Shown here piece after piece: positions 31,742 to 41,599 of a stretch of DNA of 64,000 bases (the stretch's first letter is position 1; each line of letters begins with the position of its first letter). The stretch is from Endomicrobiia bacterium. GTDB lineage: Bacteria; Elusimicrobiota; Endomicrobiia; DTEH01. The position numbers and the translations under genes are program-made. The stretch spans positions 7,730 through 71,729 of the forward strand of contig JANXCA010000001.1 of NCBI GenBank assembly GCA_025060535.1. Reading direction: 5' to 3'. Below the pieces are notes generated by a model. The model did no database searches and was not told the origin of the DNA. It saw only the letters and a list, made by a program, of their open reading frames with translations.

Positions 31742-31759
31742 TTGTGAAATTTTTCACAA
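31742..31759. promoter_or_regulatory. Putative Rex operator TTGTGAA-ATTT-TTCACAA, 10 nt upstream of the operon ATG and abutting a TATAAT -10 (31760-31765, minus strand)
   Basis: Perfect 7-4-7 inverted repeat read directly. Matches published Rex consensus TTGTGAAnnnnTTCACAA. It also contains a CRP-like TGTGA-N6-TCACA core. Confidence 0.6.
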
Positions 31760-31806
31760 ATTATAAAATTTTTAAAAAGATATATAATACAAAATATCTT
31801 GTCAAG
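31760..31806 (-). promoter_or_regulatory. Putative sigma70-type promoter of the hydrogenase operon (-10 TATAAT at 31765-31760; TTGACA at 31805-31800)
   Basis: Hexamers read on minus strand. TTGACA/TATAAT spacing is 34 nt, so either an alternative -35 or a second -10 (TATCTT region) is used. Ambiguous. Confidence 0.35.
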
Positions 31807-31808
31807 CA

Positions 31809-32234
31809 TTAATAAATCTTTTCCTCTTCAGTAAACTTTTGACATTTTATGCAGAGATCTGTCCAAGGTAATGTTTCTAATCTCTTTTTAGGAATTTTTT
31901 CTCCACATTTACTACAAATACCATATTCTTTTTTTTCTATTTTTTCTAATGCTGCGTTTATTAAATTTAAAAGATTTATTTGTGTATCAGAGAGTTCACG
32001 GCGAAGTTCCCTATCTAAATTATGTTCTGCCATATCTATCTCATCACCTATGTCTGTGGGAAGCTCTATATTATTAGTTTTGTGAAGTTTCATTAATTCA
32101 TTATATTTTTCTATTAACTTTTTTTTATAGTACTCCAATTCTTTTTCTGAGATTTCTGCTTTTTTACAAACTTTTTGTTTAACTTTATATTTTTTTTTAT
32201 TAAGATTTTTATTAAGACTTTTCTTTTTTTTCAT
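31809..32234 (-). CDS. DksA/TraR-family C4 zinc-finger protein with Lys-rich N-terminus
   Basis: C-terminal CSKCGEKIP...CIKCQ four-Cys finger and preceding coiled-coil; 141 aa. Confidence 0.6.
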   Translation of the reverse strand: MKKKKSLNKNLNKKKYKVKQKVCKKAEISEKELEYYKKKLIEKYNELMKLHKTNNIELPTDIGDEIDMAEHNLDRELRRELSDTQINLLNLINAALEKIEKKEYGICSKCGEKIPKKRLETLPWTDLCIKCQKFTEEEKIY

Positions 32235-32240
32235 AAAGGT

Positions 32241-33734
32241 TCACCTTATGACTTTAATGGTTTTTAAATTTTCACTTTCTTGTCCACTTATTCTTACTGC
32301 GTAGGAAGAAATTTCTTGAAGATAATCAACTGTGTCCTTAGTTATTCTTTCTCCTGGAGTTAAAATAGGTAATCCAGGAGGATAAGGTGTTAAAGTCTGT
32401 GCTGAAATGTATCCCACAGATTTTTTTAAAGAAACTCTCTTTGTATTAGTAGAAAAAAATGCATCTCGAGGAAGCATTACAACTTCAGTAGAAAGTGGAG
32501 GAATTTGAAGTTTCTGAATCTCATAATCTCCAGAGTATTTTTTGGAAATATCTGTTATAGCATACACCAACTTCTCTACATCCTCTTTTGATGTACCAAA
32601 TCCACTTATCGCTACTAAATTAAACATATCAGCACAGTCAACTTGGATTTTATATTCCTTAGCAAGGATTTCTTCTATTTTATACCCTGTAAGACCTGTC
32701 TTTGTAACATTTATTGTAAGTTTTGTAAGATCTAAATCATAATATTCTGATTTGATTTCTTTTCTTGTCAAAGCAAATATATTAGGAAGTTTGTTAATTT
32801 CTTCTCTTGCCTTTTCACAATAAGAAATAATTTTACTAAAAACTTTAGTTCCATTTTTTACTACTTGCATTCTCGCTGCATCAATAGATGCTAAAATAAA
32901 ATAATTTGGACTTGTGGTTTGAAGCATGGATACAACTCTTTTTACTCTGTTTATATCAATCTTTGAAGAATTAAAATGTAATACTGATGCTTGACTTAAT
33001 GCTGAAAGTACTTTATGAACTGAATGCACACACATATCAGCTCCCACCTCCACAGCTGAAACAGGTAAGTCAGGATGGAACTTCAAATGCGGACCATGTG
33101 CTTCGTCTACTAATAAAATTTTGTTATGTTTTTTACAAACTTCTTGTATTTTTATAAGATCAGGACATATACCATTGTAGTTAGGAGAGGTTATAAATAC
33201 TGCTTTTGCTTCTGGATAGTTATTAATATATTCTTCTACTTCTTTAGAAGAAATTTCATATATTATGTCCCTTTGTTGATCCACTACAGGTTTAGCCCAT
33301 ATGGGCCATACACCTGCAAGAATTATACCTGCTAAAACTGACTTATGACATGTTCTTGAAAGTATTACAGAATCTCCAGGATCACAAGCAGACAACAACA
33401 TAGCGATATTACCTACAGTGGAACCATTTACTAAGAAAAATGAATTTTTTACATTGTAAGCTTTAGCCATAAGCTCTTGAGCAAGTTTTATACAGCTTAC
33501 AGGATCATGTAAAGAATCTACTTCAGGAAAAACAGTTACATCTAAGTAATATACATTACGTTTTGTAAAATCCCTTAATTTAGGCAAGATACTAGCACCA
33601 TTTTTATGTCCCGGAGTATGAAAAGATGTTACTTTGTTCTTTGCATGATTAAGTAAAACATCCAAAAGTGGTGTTGAATTTTGTGTAATTTTCATTTTTT
33701 GTTTTAGTTTATATTTTTTTCTTTTTTTTGTCAA
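32241..33734 (-). CDS. Orn/Lys/Arg decarboxylase family 1 (PLP-dependent; SpeA-type arginine decarboxylase candidate)
   Basis: SFHTPGHKNG N-terminal motif of the OKR_DC_1 major domain; 497 aa. Confidence 0.75.
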   Translation of the reverse strand: MTKKRKKYKLKQKMKITQNSTPLLDVLLNHAKNKVTSFHTPGHKNGASILPKLRDFTKRNVYYLDVTVFPEVDSLHDPVSCIKLAQELMAKAYNVKNSFFLVNGSTVGNIAMLLSACDPGDSVILSRTCHKSVLAGIILAGVWPIWAKPVVDQQRDIIYEISSKEVEEYINNYPEAKAVFITSPNYNGICPDLIKIQEVCKKHNKILLVDEAHGPHLKFHPDLPVSAVEVGADMCVHSVHKVLSALSQASVLHFNSSKIDINRVKRVVSMLQTTSPNYFILASIDAARMQVVKNGTKVFSKIISYCEKAREEINKLPNIFALTRKEIKSEYYDLDLTKLTINVTKTGLTGYKIEEILAKEYKIQVDCADMFNLVAISGFGTSKEDVEKLVYAITDISKKYSGDYEIQKLQIPPLSTEVVMLPRDAFFSTNTKRVSLKKSVGYISAQTLTPYPPGLPILTPGERITKDTVDYLQEISSYAVRISGQESENLKTIKVIR

Positions 33735-33809
33735 TATTTAAAATAAAATTTTTAAATGATAATTGAATTTTATTTCATTATTTTATAATTAAAAAATTCA
33801 CAAAAACCT

Positions 33810-34925
33810 ATGAAACCAAACATAAATATAGAAACTCCTTATTATTTTATCGACGAAAAAAAGATATTTAAAAATTTAAAAAAAATATCCTGGCTTAAAG
33901 AAAAAACCGGTGTAAAGGTAGTGCTTGCTTTAAAATGTTTTTCAACATGGAGCGTCTTTGGTTTACTTCGTGAATATCTTGATGGTACTACAAGCAGCTC
34001 ATTATACGAAACACGCCTAGGATATGAAAAATTCGGTAAAGAAACTCATGCATATTGCGTTGGATACACATTAGAAGATATAAAAGAAATTAAAAAATAT
34101 TCTAACATAATTATATTTAACTCTATAAGTCAACTAAAAAGATTTTACAAAGAAGTAAAAGGATTAAGCATAGGAATAAGGATTAATCCTAAAGTAAGTT
34201 ATTCACAATATGATTTAGCTGATCCTGCAAGAAAATTTTCAAGGTTGGGTGTAATTGATAAAAATGAGATCAAAAAAATAATAAATCTTATTGATGGTGT
34301 CATGTTTCATTTTAATTGTGAAAACGACAATTTTGAAAATTTTTCTAATAACTTGGATTATATTTCAAAAGAATTTGAAGATATTTTACATAAAATGAAA
34401 TGGGTTAGTCTAGGAGGTGGTATTTATTTTACAAAAAAGGGCTATCCTCTAAATGAGTTCGCAAAGAAACTAAAATCTTTTATAAAGAAGTTCAAACTTC
34501 AAGTATATTTAGAACCAGGAGAATCTGTAGTTACAGAAGCTGCTGAGTTAGTAACAAAAGTAGTAGATATAGTACATAATGAAATTGATATTGCTATAGT
34601 AGATGCTTCTACAGAACCTCATATGTTAGATTTACTTATTTATGGTACTCCTGCAAAAATTAAATCATATCCTGACGGGAAATATAGATATATGATAGCT
34701 GGGAGATCATGTTTAGCTGGAGACATATTTGGTGTTTATAATTTTAGAAAAAAATTAAAAGTTGGAGATATAATAAGAATACAAGATGCTGCGGGATATA
34801 CAATGGTAAAGAAAAATTGGTTTAATGGTTTACAAATGCCTTCTATTGTAGTAAAAAGACTAAATGGTAATATAGAAGTAGTCAGAAAATTCACATATGA
34901 GGATTATTTATATAGTTTATCATAA
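33810..34925 (+). CDS. nspC: Carboxynorspermidine/carboxyspermidine decarboxylase
   Basis: 371 aa alanine-racemase-fold decarboxylase; adjacent to CASDH gene. Confidence 0.8.
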   Translation: MKPNINIETPYYFIDEKKIFKNLKKISWLKEKTGVKVVLALKCFSTWSVFGLLREYLDGTTSSSLYETRLGYEKFGKETHAYCVGYTLEDIKEIKKYSNIIIFNSISQLKRFYKEVKGLSIGIRINPKVSYSQYDLADPARKFSRLGVIDKNEIKKIINLIDGVMFHFNCENDNFENFSNNLDYISKEFEDILHKMKWVSLGGGIYFTKKGYPLNEFAKKLKSFIKKFKLQVYLEPGESVVTEAAELVTKVVDIVHNEIDIAIVDASTEPHMLDLLIYGTPAKIKSYPDGKYRYMIAGRSCLAGDIFGVYNFRKKLKVGDIIRIQDAAGYTMVKKNWFNGLQMPSIVVKRLNGNIEVVRKFTYEDYLYSLS

Positions 34926-34970
34926 AAGTTCATTAAAAAATCTAAAATTTAAAGCAGGAGGTTAAAAACT

Positions 34971-36212
34971 ATGGCAAGAAAAAATGTTTTACTTATAGGT
35001 GCAGGAGGTGTAGCACATGTAGCTGCACATAAAATAGCAATGAATAATGACATATTAGGTGATCTATGTATAGCTTCTAGAACACAAAGTAAATGTGACA
35101 AAATTATAGAAAGTATTAAAAGAAAAGGAAATATAAAAGATACCTCAAAGAAAATATATTCAAGACAAGTAAATGCATTGGATGTCAAGGCTGTAGTAGA
35201 ATTAATAAAAGAAACAAAATCAGAAATGGTAATAAATTTAGGACAATCCTATGTTAATATGTCAGTACTTGAAGCTTGTATAGAAACAGGAGCAGCATAT
35301 TTTGATACAGCAATACATGAAGAACCCGATAAAGTTTGTGAAAATCCTCCATGGTATGCAAACTATGAATGGAAAAGAAAAGAAATATGTGAAAAAAAAG
35401 GTATTACTGCGATTTTATCTGTTGGTGCAGATCCAGGTATTGTGAATGCATATACTGCATATGCAAAAAAACATTATTTTGATGAAATAACCACTGTAGA
35501 TATAGTAGATGTAAATGCAGGAAATCATGGAAAATTTTTCGCTACTAATTTTGACCCTGAAATAAACTTTAGAGAATTTGTAAAAGCATGGGTGTGGATT
35601 GATAAAAAATGGGTAGCTGAACCAGTACATACAATAAAAAGAGAATTTGATCTTCCTGGATTAGGAAGATATACTGTGTATTTAAACGGACATGATGAAA
35701 TACATTCTTTATCTCAAAATATGGATATAAATACAATAAGGTTCTGGATGTATTTTTCTGATCATTATCTTAATGTATTTAACACATTAAAAAACATAGG
35801 ATTAACTTCTCACCTCCCCATAAAAACACATGATGGAAAAGAAGTAATTCCCTTAAGAGTTTTAAAAGCTCTTCTTCCTGATCCCGCTTCGTTAGCTGGT
35901 CCTAACTATACTGGTGTAGAATGGATAGGTAATTTTATAGAAGGAAAAAAGAATAATAAGGAAAGAAAAATGGTAATATATCTAATATGCGATCATCAAG
36001 AAGTATGGAAAGAGGTTGAATCACACGCAATTTGTTATACAGCAGGTGTTCCCCCAGTAGTCGCAGCAATACTTGTAGCAAAAGGAATTTGGGATGTTAA
36101 AAAAATGGTGAATGTAGAAGAATTAGATCCTGATCCATTCCTTGAAATTCTTTCAAAAAATGGACTAAAGACACATATAATAGTAGAAGAAATTGAAAGG
36201 AAAGAGATTTAA
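34971..36212 (+). CDS. Carboxynorspermidine/carboxyspermidine dehydrogenase (saccharopine dehydrogenase-like)
   Basis: VLLIGAGGVAHVAAHKIA Rossmann N-terminus; 413 aa. Confidence 0.8.
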   Translation: MARKNVLLIGAGGVAHVAAHKIAMNNDILGDLCIASRTQSKCDKIIESIKRKGNIKDTSKKIYSRQVNALDVKAVVELIKETKSEMVINLGQSYVNMSVLEACIETGAAYFDTAIHEEPDKVCENPPWYANYEWKRKEICEKKGITAILSVGADPGIVNAYTAYAKKHYFDEITTVDIVDVNAGNHGKFFATNFDPEINFREFVKAWVWIDKKWVAEPVHTIKREFDLPGLGRYTVYLNGHDEIHSLSQNMDINTIRFWMYFSDHYLNVFNTLKNIGLTSHLPIKTHDGKEVIPLRVLKALLPDPASLAGPNYTGVEWIGNFIEGKKNNKERKMVIYLICDHQEVWKEVESHAICYTAGVPPVVAAILVAKGIWDVKKMVNVEELDPDPFLEILSKNGLKTHIIVEEIERKEI

Positions 36213-36748
36213 TTTAGTTTAAGTTTTAATTTTTTAAAGTAATTCAAAATATTTTTTCTTGGAATTACAAGTTTAATATATTGAGAGATGTCTTTTCTCA
36301 ATTGAAGTCGTAAAGTAAAAACTTTTTTATGCAAGGTTGGATGAATAAAATTTTTAGCTATTTCTTCCATCGGATAAATTACAAATTTTCTATTTTGAAT
36401 TTTAGGATGAGGTATTTTTAAATTTTTAGTATTGATTATTTTTCTTCCATAGAAAAGAATATCTATATCAATAATTCGTGGTTGATATCTTTCTTTTTCA
36501 TAAGTTCTACCCATAAGTTTTTCAATATCTTTAGCTAATTTAAGTAAACTAAATGGTGTCAAATTAGTATCAATTTTTACCACACAATTATAAAAATAGG
36601 GTTGTTTAGTATTTTCTAAAGGAGAAGTAAGATATATAGAAGAAATATCTAAAATTTTACAACTTTTTGCAATATAAGCAATTGCATTTTTTATATTTTC
36701 ATATTTTTTGTATAAATTTGTACCTAAAGAAATATAAGCTATAACCAT
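36209..36748 (-). CDS. folK: 2-amino-4-hydroxy-6-hydroxymethyldihydropteridine pyrophosphokinase
   Basis: 179 aa HPPK fold (MVIAYISLGTNL..). Confidence 0.8.
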   Translation of the reverse strand: MVIAYISLGTNLYKKYENIKNAIAYIAKSCKILDISSIYLTSPLENTKQPYFYNCVVKIDTNLTPFSLLKLAKDIEKLMGRTYEKERYQPRIIDIDILFYGRKIINTKNLKIPHPKIQNRKFVIYPMEEIAKNFIHPTLHKKVFTLRLQLRKDISQYIKLVIPRKNILNYFKKLKLKLN

Positions 36749-36761
36749 ATATTACAAATTT

Positions 36762-37940
36762 TCACAAAACTTTTTTTATTCTCTCTAAAGCCTCTTGAAT
36801 TCTTTCCTTCGGTACTGTCAAGGCAAATCTTACATATCCCTCTCCACTTTTGCCCATACCTACTCCTGGAGTAACTACAACTCCCACATTTAAAAGTTTC
36901 TCAGCAAAAGATAATGAAGTCTCTTTCTTAGGAACTTTACACCATAAATAAAATGTCGCTTTTGGCAAAAACACATCTAAACCTAATTTTCTTAAACCAT
37001 TAAACAAAATATCTCTTCTTTCTTTATATATTTGTCTTACATTTTCTATACAATCTTGTGGTCCTTCTAAAGCAGCTATTGCAGCATATTGTATTGCACT
37101 AAAAACTCCAGAGTCATAGTTATCTTTTACTTTCGATAAACCAAAAATTATATCTTTATTACCACAAACAAAACCTACTCTCCAACCAGTCATATTATAT
37201 GTCTTAGAAAGAGAATGAAACTCTATACCTACATCTTTTGCACCTTTTATTGAAAGAAAACTTATAGGAGGGATTGAGTCGTCTAATTTATCATCTTTAA
37301 AATATATCTCAGAGTAGGCACAATCATGAGCAACAATTATGTTATACTCTTTTGCAAACTCAACTACTCTTTCAAAAAATTTCTTTGTAGCAACTTGTGT
37401 TGTCGGATTGTTGGGATAATTTAAAAACATTAATTTTGTTCTTTTAAGGATATCTTTAGGTATATCTTCTAATATTGGTAAAAAATTGTTATCTTCTTTT
37501 AAAGACATATAATACACTTTACCACCAGCAAGAATAACAGAAGAAGAATACACAGGGTAGCCAGGTTCAGGGACTAATACATAGTCATCTTTATCTACAA
37601 ATGCCAATGGTAAATGAGCTATACCTTCTTTTGAACCTATTAAAGAGTGAACTTCATTATTAGGATCAAGTTCTACATTAAATCTTTTTTTGTACCAATT
37701 AGCCACAGCAACACAAAACTCTTCCAATCCCTTTCCAAAAGGATATTGATGAGTTTTAGGATTATCTATTGCTTTTTTCATAGCCTCTATAATATGAGAA
37801 TGAGTAGGTAAATCTGGATCACCCACACCTAAAGAAATTATATCTACTCCTTTCTGTTGAAGTTCTTTTTTCTTTCTATCAAGTTCAATAAACAAATAAG
37901 GAGGTAGACTCATTAATTTATCACTATATTTTATTTCCAT
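36762..37940 (-). CDS. dapL: LL-diaminopimelate aminotransferase (DapL-type) / class I aminotransferase
   Basis: LPPYLFIELDRKK, LGVGDPDLPT and SLSKTYNMTGWRVG PLP-Lys region match DapL pattern. Confidence 0.7.
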   Translation of the reverse strand: MEIKYSDKLMSLPPYLFIELDRKKKELQQKGVDIISLGVGDPDLPTHSHIIEAMKKAIDNPKTHQYPFGKGLEEFCVAVANWYKKRFNVELDPNNEVHSLIGSKEGIAHLPLAFVDKDDYVLVPEPGYPVYSSSVILAGGKVYYMSLKEDNNFLPILEDIPKDILKRTKLMFLNYPNNPTTQVATKKFFERVVEFAKEYNIIVAHDCAYSEIYFKDDKLDDSIPPISFLSIKGAKDVGIEFHSLSKTYNMTGWRVGFVCGNKDIIFGLSKVKDNYDSGVFSAIQYAAIAALEGPQDCIENVRQIYKERRDILFNGLRKLGLDVFLPKATFYLWCKVPKKETSLSFAEKLLNVGVVVTPGVGMGKSGEGYVRFALTVPKERIQEALERIKKVL

Positions 37941-38216
37941 ATTTTAAAAGCCTCCCTCTTTTATGAAATTATGATAGTTTTTAAATAATAAAAATTACAA
38001 ACTTTTTAAAAAATAAAATCAAAAACGTGTTTTTTATCATAAACATTACATCATCCATTTTTTTAAAAAAAATACACATTTTTACTTTCATCTGAATTAT
38101 TAAAAATTAAAAAATCATAAAAACTTATATCTCATATTATAAAAGTCTCTATGCTATAACTTTATAAAAAGAAAAAATTAAACGAACAATCTATTGTTTA
38201 ACTTAACGCAAAACTT

Positions 38217-38681
38217 TTATAGGTTTTTAATCATTAATAACGCATCTTCTCCATCAGGATAAAACTTTTTTTTAGTTTCTACTTCATTAAAACCAAATTT
38301 CTTATAAAAAGATATCGCTTTATAATTACTAACTCTAACTTCTAAAATCACAATTTTTATGTTAAGAGGAATTAATTCATTAAATAAGTATAAAAGAAGT
38401 CTGCTTCCTATACCTTTATTTTGATATTCTTTCTTAACGGAAATATTAAGAATATGAGCTGTATCATTTGATAACCAACATACAACATAACCTATTACAT
38501 TATTATAAATTTTGCATACATAAAATTTTTTTATTTTATCTGAAAGTCTAATATTAAATAAAATAAAATCTCTACTCCAATGAAATTTAAAATTTTCTTT
38601 TTCTATTAAATATATCTGTAATACATCTTCATCTTTAGCCTCTTTAATTACTACATTATCTAAAGTTGAAGTTAACTCCAT
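38217..38681 (-). CDS. rimI: GNAT N-acetyltransferase (RimI-like)
   Basis: 154 aa GNAT fold with Q/R-x-x-G-x-G/A (YQNKGIGSRLL). Confidence 0.6.
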   Translation of the reverse strand: MELTSTLDNVVIKEAKDEDVLQIYLIEKENFKFHWSRDFILFNIRLSDKIKKFYVCKIYNNVIGYVVCWLSNDTAHILNISVKKEYQNKGIGSRLLLYLFNELIPLNIKIVILEVRVSNYKAISFYKKFGFNEVETKKKFYPDGEDALLMIKNL

Positions 38682-38684
38682 AAT

Positions 38685-39728
38685 TTATAGTTTTTTACTG
38701 AATTCAAAAAGAGTTTCTAAACACAAAATAACTCCAGAAACATCTACCTTATTTTTTAAAGCAACATCAGACGCAGTCCCATGACCAGGTGAAACTCTTA
38801 TAAACGGTAACCCAACAGTTATATTCACTATATTATAACCACATAATAATTTTAGTGGCACCATTGCTTGATCATGATATGTAGCAACTATAAGAGAGTT
38901 CGTATTTCTTTTAGCATAATTAAATGCATCTGAAGCCTGCAGAGGAAAGATAATTTCTATACTTAAATGCTTTTTTAATAATCTAATCCCATCTAGAATA
39001 ATTGTTTTTTCTTCTTTCCCTATTTTTCCTTCTTCTCCTGAATGAGGATTTAAATTACAGAAAAAAATTTTTTTTACTTTTTTCTCTTCATATTTATTAA
39101 TAAAATTAACAACATTATTAACTTGAAAAAATATATCTTTGCTATTTAAGTTTTTTGAAACATCTACCAAAGGTACATGTCTTGTTAATAACAATACTCT
39201 ATATATATTACCTTCTTTATCTTTCCCTTTCATCAACATACTTATTTTATTTTTGCTTATATTAAACTTATCCGCAAAATATTCTGTATGACCTTTAAAA
39301 TTCTTATAAAATTTACAAATTTTACTTTTTGAAATAGGCATTGTAAGAACAAAAAACTCTAAATTATTTCTCAAAAAAAAATTAACTACTTCACACATTT
39401 TTTCTAAAGAAAAAAATGAAATTTTCCCTATAAATTTTTTAACTTCTGAATTTTTAATTTCGGGTAATATATCTATTACCAAACAATGATTTTTAGAGAG
39501 ATCTAAAAGTTGAAAAGATTGTAGAATCTCTGTGTTAACTTTAAAAGGAAAAAAAGTTAGATTATATTTATAAGCTATGTATTTTAACCAATTAAAATTA
39601 CCTATAATTATAGGATTAAAATAGCCTATGAAAGGATTATGCGAAGAAGACAAAATTTTTAACACCAACTCATAACCAACTCCATCTGCATCTCCACAAC
39701 TTATAATAAGCCATTTTTTTTGAAGCAT
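38685..39728 (-). CDS. pdxA: 4-hydroxythreonine-4-phosphate dehydrogenase
   Basis: ATYHDQAMVPLKL and PFIRVSPGHGTASDVA motifs; surA-pdxA synteny as in E. coli. Confidence 0.8.
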   Translation of the reverse strand: MLQKKWLIISCGDADGVGYELVLKILSSSHNPFIGYFNPIIIGNFNWLKYIAYKYNLTFFPFKVNTEILQSFQLLDLSKNHCLVIDILPEIKNSEVKKFIGKISFFSLEKMCEVVNFFLRNNLEFFVLTMPISKSKICKFYKNFKGHTEYFADKFNISKNKISMLMKGKDKEGNIYRVLLLTRHVPLVDVSKNLNSKDIFFQVNNVVNFINKYEEKKVKKIFFCNLNPHSGEEGKIGKEEKTIILDGIRLLKKHLSIEIIFPLQASDAFNYAKRNTNSLIVATYHDQAMVPLKLLCGYNIVNITVGLPFIRVSPGHGTASDVALKNKVDVSGVILCLETLFEFSKKL

Positions 39729-39731
39729 ATC

Positions 39732-40775
39732 TCATTTTATTATTTCAAAATATTGGATTTTGGCTTTACTTTTAAGTTGTTCTACAAACTGTTCATAATA
39801 CTTCTCAGCGTTTCTTCTTGCAACATACTGAAGTAAATCTTCTTTTATTTGTTCAAAATCTGGCTTTCTTTTTGCTCTGTATTCTATAACTTTCGCTATA
39901 TGATAACCAAATTTCGTCTCAAATACATCACTAACCTGACCTTCTTTCAAAGAAAAAACAACCTTTTCAAATTCTGCAACAGTATCTCCCCTTGCAATAA
40001 AACCTAAATCGCCACCTCTATCTTTACTCCCAGGATCTTCAGAGTATTTCTGCGCTAAAGTTGCAAAATCCTCTCCCTTATCTATTTTGGACTTTATTTC
40101 TCTTGCTCGTTTTAAAGCTTCCTCTTTTTTTTCTTTAGAAAAATCCGGTTCGACTCTTATTAATATATGTCTTACTCTTACCTGTTCACTAAAATATCTT
40201 TCTACTAACTGAGCCAAAAGTTTTAATTCATTTTTTTCTTCTTCTGGTAATTTAACATCTTCTTTTTTTTCTATTATTTTTATAACCTTATTAAAAATCT
40301 CTTTTGCTTCTGCTTCTGTTGGTTCTTTTAAATTTTTCTTAATCTCTTCATCAATTAATTTCAACACCATTATTTGTTCTTCTATTTTCTTTTCAAATTG
40401 TTTTTCTGTCAAGTTCTCTTTTTTTAACTCTTGATAAAACATTAAATCAGAAGGAAATCTTGACTTAACAGTCTTTATACCTTCTTCAATCTCTCTTTTG
40501 GTAACCTTAATGTTTCTTTTTTTAGCCTCTTGAAGTAATAATTTATCAGCTATCAGCTGATCTAACACCTTTTGTTTTATTTCTTTTATTTCTTTTTCAG
40601 ATAACTCTTTTGCTGAAAGTTGTTTTAGCTGTTCTAATGTAACATTAAGGAGTTTCTCATACTCTGACTTCATTATATTTTCATTATTTACTTTAACTAT
40701 CACTTTCTCAACTACAGAAGTATTAATTTTAGTTATTATTACCAAGAAAAAAAATATAAAGAGAAATTTTTTCAT
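39732..40775 (-). CDS. surA: SurA-like periplasmic chaperone / peptidyl-prolyl isomerase (signal peptide + PpiC domain)
   Basis: N-terminal signal peptide; parvulin domain VRHILI...FGYHI; position upstream of pdxA. Confidence 0.6.
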   Translation of the reverse strand: MKKFLFIFFFLVIITKINTSVVEKVIVKVNNENIMKSEYEKLLNVTLEQLKQLSAKELSEKEIKEIKQKVLDQLIADKLLLQEAKKRNIKVTKREIEEGIKTVKSRFPSDLMFYQELKKENLTEKQFEKKIEEQIMVLKLIDEEIKKNLKEPTEAEAKEIFNKVIKIIEKKEDVKLPEEEKNELKLLAQLVERYFSEQVRVRHILIRVEPDFSKEKKEEALKRAREIKSKIDKGEDFATLAQKYSEDPGSKDRGGDLGFIARGDTVAEFEKVVFSLKEGQVSDVFETKFGYHIAKVIEYRAKRKPDFEQIKEDLLQYVARRNAEKYYEQFVEQLKSKAKIQYFEIIK

Positions 40776-40858
40776 TTATTTTCTCCTTTACTATTATTTT
40801 AGATTTAATGGTTATTTATACAAAATTATATTATGATTGTAAATGGAAAGGAAAAAAA

Positions 40859-41599
40859 TTATTGTTTTTCTTTTGTAACTGTACTTATAAAAATTTCTTC
40901 TAAAGGTATCCTTTGCCATTCTTTATTTTCTACTATTTTTAAAATTTTACCCTTATGAATTATAGCTACACGATCACACACTTTTTCAAGCTCCGAGATA
41001 AGATGAGAAGAAAAAAATATTGTTTTGCCTTGTGACTTAAGTTGAAGTATAAAATCTCTTATCTCTTTTATGCCTAATGGATCAAGACCACTTGTGGGTT
41101 CATCAAATACTAATATAGCTGGATTGTGAATTATTGCTTGTGCTAATCCTAATCTTTGAATCATACCTTTTGAATATTCTGATATTTTTCTATCAATACT
41201 GTCAGAAAGTTTAACAAAATCAATTACTTCTTTAATTCTTTTATTATCTATAAAACCTAATGAAAGACTTGCATATAATTTGAGTAATTCTAAACCTGTA
41301 AAATTTTTATTGAAACTTACTAATTCTGGTAAATAACCAATGTGTTTATTTATCCTCCAATCCGGGATTTTGTTACCAAACACATATATCTCACCAAAAT
41401 CAGGAAACAAAAGCCCCAAAATTAACTTTATTGTAGTCGTTTTACCAGAACCATTAAGACCTAATAAACCAAAAATTTCATTTTTATAAACTTCAAAACT
41501 AACCTCTTCTATACCTATAACATACTTTGTTTTTAAAAATTTATGCTTTTTATATATCTTTTTGAGTCGTTTTACTTCTATTATTTTCTCGCTATTCAT
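40859..41599 (-). CDS. ABC transporter ATP-binding protein (ABC-2 type), orphan (no adjacent permease)
   Basis: Walker A GLNGSGKTT, signature YSKGMIQRLGLA, Walker B ILVFDEPTSGLD. Confidence 0.8.
   Translation of the reverse strand: MNSEKIIEVKRLKKIYKKHKFLKTKYVIGIEEVSFEVYKNEIFGLLGLNGSGKTTTIKLILGLLFPDFGEIYVFGNKIPDWRINKHIGYLPELVSFNKNFTGLELLKLYASLSLGFIDNKRIKEVIDFVKLSDSIDRKISEYSKGMIQRLGLAQAIIHNPAILVFDEPTSGLDPLGIKEIRDFILQLKSQGKTIFFSSHLISELEKVCDRVAIIHKGKILKIVENKEWQRIPLEEIFISTVTKEKQ

Noticed and set aside
31744-31759. Reading the palindrome as a CRP site (TGTGA-N6-TCACA)
   Set aside because: The symmetry extends two extra positions on each side (TTGTGAA/TTCACAA). That fits the Rex consensus better, and the target genes fit a Rex regulon. 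CRP/FNR is kept only as an alternative in the finding.
38160-38216. AACAA-TCTA-TTGTT hairpin followed by a T-run after rimI, as an intrinsic terminator
   Set aside because: The stem is 5 bp and AU-only, which is too weak to call. It is mentioned only as a possibility.
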